In this document: piece by piece, positions 37,719 to 41,547 of the stretch | How positions within the stretch are numbered: the stretch's first letter is position 1 | Layout of the letters: the number at the start of each line of letters is the position of its first letter | Virus record (IMG/VR): IMGVR_UViG_3300027798_000087 | Location: 1 to 41,547 of that record | Reading direction: 5' to 3' (one strand) | DNA from: a virus | Lineage: Duplodnaviria; Caudoviricetes | DNA: 41,547 bases | Notes under the pieces: model-generated | Database searches by the model: none | Told to the model about the DNA's origin: nothing | The model's input: only the letters and a program-made list of their open reading frames with translations | Translations under genes and position numbers: made by a program

Positions 37719-38840
37719 TTAATAAATGTTATAATTTGAATTATTTGATATGAAATCTAAAGCTGCATATGGTGTTAACGATATACTTGTAGATCCATCA
37801 GCATCCTGCCCAGGAGCAAAGGTAATAAAAATATTGACACTAGCCCTATTTTTTATCTTATAAATACAAGAATTCCCTACAGCTGTTGGTAAAATAAGTG
37901 TACCAGATGCTGTAAACTCATATACATAAACTGTTTCTGGTAAACTATCAGCTAGTACAGTACCATACTGATTATTATATTGTTGTATATTTAATACATA
38001 TGCCCATGCAACATCATAGTTTGTAGTTGATGCTTTTACTAAAGCTTGTCCAGTGTCTCCACCTAATGGAACACCTGCTTGTAAAGATGTAATAATTGAT
38101 CCATATAATTTTAAAACATCAGAAGGTGTAGGAGCTGGTCTGGCTGTTACAAAAGTTAATGTAGTTCCAGATATAGTGTAGTCACTTGTATAAGTTAACA
38201 ACTGACCATTTATATAAAACTGATGTGTAGTTCCAGATGTAAGAGGAGAAGCTAATGTAAAATCTTTATTTACTCCATCTTGTGTACCAGTTAAAACAAC
38301 TTCTGATATAGCATATCCACTAGTTCCACTAGTTCCATAAGTGGCTCCAGATGTACCTGCAGTACCAAAAGTGGCACCACTAGTACCAGCAGTTCCAAAG
38401 GTAGCTCCTGAGGTTCCTGTACTTCCACTTGTTCCACTAGTACCTGCAGTTCCAAACGTTGCTCCTGATGTACCAGTAGATCCTGATGTACCAGCAGATC
38501 CAGATGATCCACTTAATCCTGATGTTCCTGCTGTACCAAAAGTTGCCCCACTTGTTCCACTTGTACCCACTGTTCCACTTGATCCATTAGACCCACTTGA
38601 TCCACTAGAACCTGCAGTTCCTGATGTACCATTTAGTGCAGCTAAATTTGTAGTCCAAGCTGTATATGTACCAGATCCACTTTGTTGTAATGGATTAACT
38701 ACCAAAACCCCTGTTGCAGGGTTATATGATGACACCTGCCCTATAATAAAATTAGTGGCACTATTACTTATCTTTATATAGTCATATTTGACAAAAGCTA
38801 AGCCAGTTGTTACATTAAAGGTTAAAGTAGCATATGCCAT
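37719..38840 (-). CDS. Tail-fibre-like protein with (G-T/S-S)n repeats
   Basis: Beta module, Gly-X-Y block, NG.LL....DYT.SG domain, GG.TGQ.L.K...DY..W and TL.LP.A..N motifs. Confidence 0.72.
   Translation of the reverse strand: MAYATLTFNVTTGLAFVKYDYIKISNSATNFIIGQVSSYNPATGVLVVNPLQQSGSGTYTAWTTNLAALNGTSGTAGSSGSSGSNGSSGTVGTSGTSGATFGTAGTSGLSGSSGSAGTSGSTGTSGATFGTAGTSGTSGSTGTSGATFGTAGTSGATFGTAGTSGATYGTSGTSGYAISEVVLTGTQDGVNKDFTLASPLTSGTTHQFYINGQLLTYTSDYTISGTTLTFVTARPAPTPSDVLKLYGSIITSLQAGVPLGGDTGQALVKASTTNYDVAWAYVLNIQQYNNQYGTVLADSLPETVYVYEFTASGTLILPTAVGNSCIYKIKNRASVNIFITFAPGQDADGSTSISLTPYAALDFISNNSNYNIY
38316..38630 (-). repeat. Gly-X-Y coding repeat with GATFG punctuation
   Basis: Visible in the translation. 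Confidence 0.9.
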
Positions 38841-38865
38841 TTTATATTTTTATATTTTTATTATT

Positions 38866-41547
38866 TTAAAAGCTTCTAATTGCACGAACATTATAGAATA
38901 GATCCTTAAAATTAACAGCCTGAACACCACTAACTAAATTTTGATACCTCATCAATGTATTGGTATTTTCTGAAGAACTACAATAGTTAGTAGCTGAAAA
39001 ACCACCAAGAGCAACTCTGTTTATAAATAATGTATTTAACTCATTCATACTTGGCAAATACCAATCGGTATATCCACCAGTAGTAACTGCTCTACACAAT
39101 CTTGCTGCAATTCCTGCTGTAGCACAACCTGCTATTATATCAAGAGTATTTTGATAACCAGTTCCTATTGCTGTTGCATCAGCACCTGCAATTAGTGTTC
39201 CTTGACATCCCCATACTGCAGATGTTGAAACGTCTGCAGTAGTTACTATTAAACCATGAGTTTCTCCTGCCACATATCCTGGGTCACCCGATTGTAATAT
39301 ATAAGCAACCAGACCACCTAATGTAGCAGCTCCAACAACTATATCAACTAAAGGTAATGTCTGTGATGTAGTAGATGTACCAGCATAAGTTATAGATAAA
39401 CCAGAAGTTCCAGAAGTTCCGAAAGTACCATTAACTCCAGATGTACCATCAACTCCAGAAGTACCAGCTGTACCACTACCATCTCTACCACTAGTACCAG
39501 ATGAACCATCTCCACTTGTACCACTAGATCCAGGACTACCAACACCAGAAGTTCCTGCTGTTCCAGGACTACCAACACCACTTGTTCCACTTGTACCAGT
39601 TAATCCACTAGTTCCACTTGTTCCAGGACTTCCTACACCACTTGTACCTGCTGTACCACTTAGTCCAGTGCTACCACTTGTACCAGCTGATCCAGAAGAA
39701 CCACTTGTTCCAGAAGAAGCACTTGAACCACTTGTACCTGATGATCCACTAGTTCCAGAACTAGCACTTGTACCATTAGATCCATCAGTTCCAGATGAAC
39801 CAGAACTTCCACTTGTACCACTTGTACCAGCAGTTCCTGTTGTACCACTAGAACCATCGGTTCCAGTTATACCACTAGATCCATTAGTTCCTGAAGAACC
39901 ACTTGTACCAGAAGAACCGTCAGTACCACTAGAACCGTTTGTTCCAGAAGAACCATCCGTTCCACTAGTGCCTGTTGTTCCTGATGATCCGTCTGTACCA
40001 CTAGTTCCTGACGATCCAGAAGATCCACTTGTTCCTGTTGTTCCAGAAGTACCTGTTTCACCACTTGTACCTGTTGATCCACTTGTTCCACTAGTTCCTG
40101 TTGATCCACTAGTACCTGATGTTCCATTTGATCCATCAGTACCGCTAGATCCAGATGTTCCTGAAGAGCCACTTGTTCCAGATGTTCCAGTTGTGCCACT
40201 AGTACCAGTCGTACCAGAAGAGCCACTTGTTCCACTTGTACCACTTGTTCCAGTGGTACCTGAAGAACCACTTGATCCACTAGTTCCACTAGTACCTGTT
40301 GTACCTGTTGAGCCTGACGTACCACTTGTACCATCAACTCCTGACGTACCATTAACACCGCTTGTACCAGAAGTACCAGCAGCAGCATTAAATGTAGTCT
40401 GTACGTATGAATAGTAAGCCCCATCTTCTGTATAGAAATCTATTGTACGACTTACTGTATCTGTATTTAAAACATTGACAACTATATAAAGTCTATCACT
40501 TGCATTTAATGTTTGAGAACCAATAAATGTGTCACAATAAACTTGTTGTATTAATGTGCTGTTAACCAAAACTTGAACCACGTTAGTTGTTCCAAGGAAT
40601 GTAGAAACTCCTCCTGTTGTGTATTTATATACATCAACACTTACATCCCAATAAGAACTTGCTATTCCTAAAAAGTGCATTACAAATGCCCAGTTACCAG
40701 CAGGAAATGATGTTTCATTAGGAACACCACTATCTGTAGCAAATGTTGCAATAGCACCACTAACTCCTGCACCTAATGTAATAGATGTACTTTGAGTGGT
40801 TGTAGATGTATCGTTAGGAGATAGTTGTTTATATGTAGGTGTACCAAATGGAGTGTTTGTATCATTGGATAGATTCATCCAATAAATTTGACCACCAGAT
40901 ATACCACTTACACCAGAGCTTCCTGCTGTTCCACTTGTACCTGTAGTTCCAGAAGAACCACTAGTTCCAGCTGTGCCTGATGTTCCTGTTGTACCTGATG
41001 TTCCTGTTGTGCCAGATGTACCACTAGATCCATCTGTTCCACTTGTACCACTAGTGCCTGTCGTTCCACTTGAACCTGAAGTTCCACTAGTTCCTGTAGT
41101 TCCACTTGATCCAGATGTTCCACTAGTTCCTGTAGTTCCAGTTGTACCAGCTGTGCCACTTGATCCAGAGGTTCCACTTGAGCCATTGGTTCCACTTGAG
41201 CCATTGGTTCCACTTGAACCAGTAGTGCCACTTGAACCACTTGATGCACTAGTACCGCTTGATGCACTAGTACCACTTGAACCACTGCTTCCAGAGGTTC
41301 CACTTGATCCTGAAGAACCATTAGTTCCACTAGACCCTGAGGTACCTGCAGTTCCTGCAAACGTACCCAATGTACCATCACCCCTTATATATTGAGAAGG
41401 TGTACCATTAGCTATTACATTAATTACACCAGTGGCTCCTACAACAGGACTTCCACTAACATAAAATGCTGGAGGCATAGTTAAGCCTACACTAGTTAAT
41501 GTACCTACAGACCAACTTCTATTAATAGATAGATCTTTTGTTAAGCC
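38866..41547 (-). CDS. Long tail-fibre protein with (G-T/S-S)n repeats and C-terminal DUF1566/CLec domain (5'-truncated by the window)
   Basis: Frame stays open from 41478 to the window end (GLTKDLSINRSWSVGTLTSVGLT-MPPAF), so the true start is probably outside the window. Confidence 0.8.
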   Translation of the reverse strand, partial: GLTKDLSINRSWSVGTLTSVGLTMPPAFYVSGSPVVGATGVINVIANGTPSQYIRGDGTLGTFAGTAGTSGSSGTNGSSGSSGTSGSSGSSGTSASSGTSASSGSSGTTGSSGTNGSSGTNGSSGTSGSSGTAGTTGTTGTSGTSGSSGTTGTSGTSGSSGTTGTSGTSGTDGSSGTSGTTGTSGTTGTSGTAGTSGSSGTTGTSGTAGSSGVSGISGGQIYWMNLSNDTNTPFGTPTYKQLSPNDTSTTTQSTSITLGAGVSGAIATFATDSGVPNETSFPAGNWAFVMHFLGIASSYWDVSVDVYKYTTGGVSTFLGTTNVVQVLVNSTLIQQVYCDTFIGSQTLNASDRLYIVVNVLNTDTVSRTIDFYTEDGAYYSYVQTTFNAAAGTSGTSGVNGTSGVDGTSGTSGSTGTTGTSGTSGSSGSSGTTGTSGTSGTSGSSGTTGTSGTTGTSGTSGSSGTSGSSGTDGSNGTSGTSGSTGTSGTSGSTGTSGETGTSGTTGTSGSSGSSGTSGTDGSSGTTGTSGTDGSSGTNGSSGTDGSSGTSGSSGTNGSSGITGTDGSSGTTGTAGTSGTSGSSGSSGTDGSNGTSASSGTSGSSGTSGSSASSGTSGSSGSAGTSGSTGLSGTAGTSGVGSPGTSGTSGLTGTSGTSGVGSPGTAGTSGVGSPGSSGTSGDGSSGTSGRDGSGTAGTSGVDGTSGVNGTFGTSGTSGLSITYAGTSTTSQTLPLVDIVVGAATLGGLVAYILQSGDPGYVAGETHGLIVTTADVSTSAVWGCQGTLIAGADATAIGTGYQNTLDIIAGCATAGIAARLCRAVTTGGYTDWYLPSMNELNTLFINRVALGGFSATNYCSSSENTNTLMRYQNLVSGVQAVNFKDLFYNVRAIRSF
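39400..40377 (-). repeat. ~325-aa Gly-X-Y (GTS/GSS/GTT/GTD) coding repeat
   Basis: Visible in the DNA (ccacttgtacca/ccactagttcc units on + strand) and in the translation. Confidence 0.92.
40891..41355 (-). repeat. ~155-aa Gly-X-Y coding repeat
   Basis: Visible in the translation. Confidence 0.92.

Noticed and set aside
31415-39321. Complete diversity-generating retroelement
   Set aside because: No reverse transcriptase or AAY-rich template repeat in the window, and neither copy can be the template of the other.
39400-41355. CRISPR array or satellite DNA
   Set aside because: The repeats are degenerate 9-bp coding units varying at third codon positions, with no constant repeat and unique spacer structure.
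33522-41395. Long Pro/Val/Glu/Asp-rich plus-strand ORFs and Val/Leu/Gln-rich alternate-frame minus-strand ORFs (e.g. 33530..34030, 38341..38781, 39668..40414, 39867..40424, 40908..41381, 40973..41395)
   Set aside because: Shadow frames of the Gly-Thr-Ser repeats, which lack stops in other frames; they coincide with the repeat blocks and show no independent expression signals.
1-41547. Stop-codon reassignment as seen in some Bacteroidota phages
   Set aside because: Genes are full-length and densely packed under the standard code, and TAA, TAG and TGA all appear as real stops.
1-41547. tRNA genes, integrase/att sites, introns or inteins in nrdJ and recA
   Set aside because: No cloverleaf or integrase was recognised by eye, and nrdJ and recA are uninterrupted and of normal length.

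Overview
AT-rich segment of a tailed dsDNA phage genome, most likely infecting a Bacteroidota host. The host call rests on repeated TTG-N19-21-TAnnTTTG promoters and A-rich leaders without Shine-Dalgarno sites. Layout: (1) 1-14.5 kb, + strand replication/nucleotide module: partial UNG, rIIA/rIIB, HNH, PD-(D/E)XK exonuclease, class II RNR, RecA, dUTPase, GroES-like protein, a GT2 and a methyltransferase, ending at a bidirectional terminator. (2) 14.6-22.3 kb, - strand: a cluster of small Lys-rich proteins, a ferritin-like protein, poly-Thr peptides flanking an HPAT/SGT1-like glycosyltransferase, a Gly-Ser-Thr fibre protein and the lysis cassette. (3) 22.3-29.7 kb, + strand: an inverted island of six glycosyltransferase-type genes ending in an Aah/TibC-like protein O-glycosyltransferase. 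(4) 29.7-41.5 kb, - strand: tail-fibre/adhesin genes with Gly-rich domains, DUF1566/CLec domains and long, nearly Pro-free (Gly-Thr/Ser-Ser)n repeats. The best candidate new system is a phage-encoded protein O-glycosylation apparatus acting on its own Ser/Thr-rich virion fibres. All family calls come from reading motifs by eye; no database searches were run.
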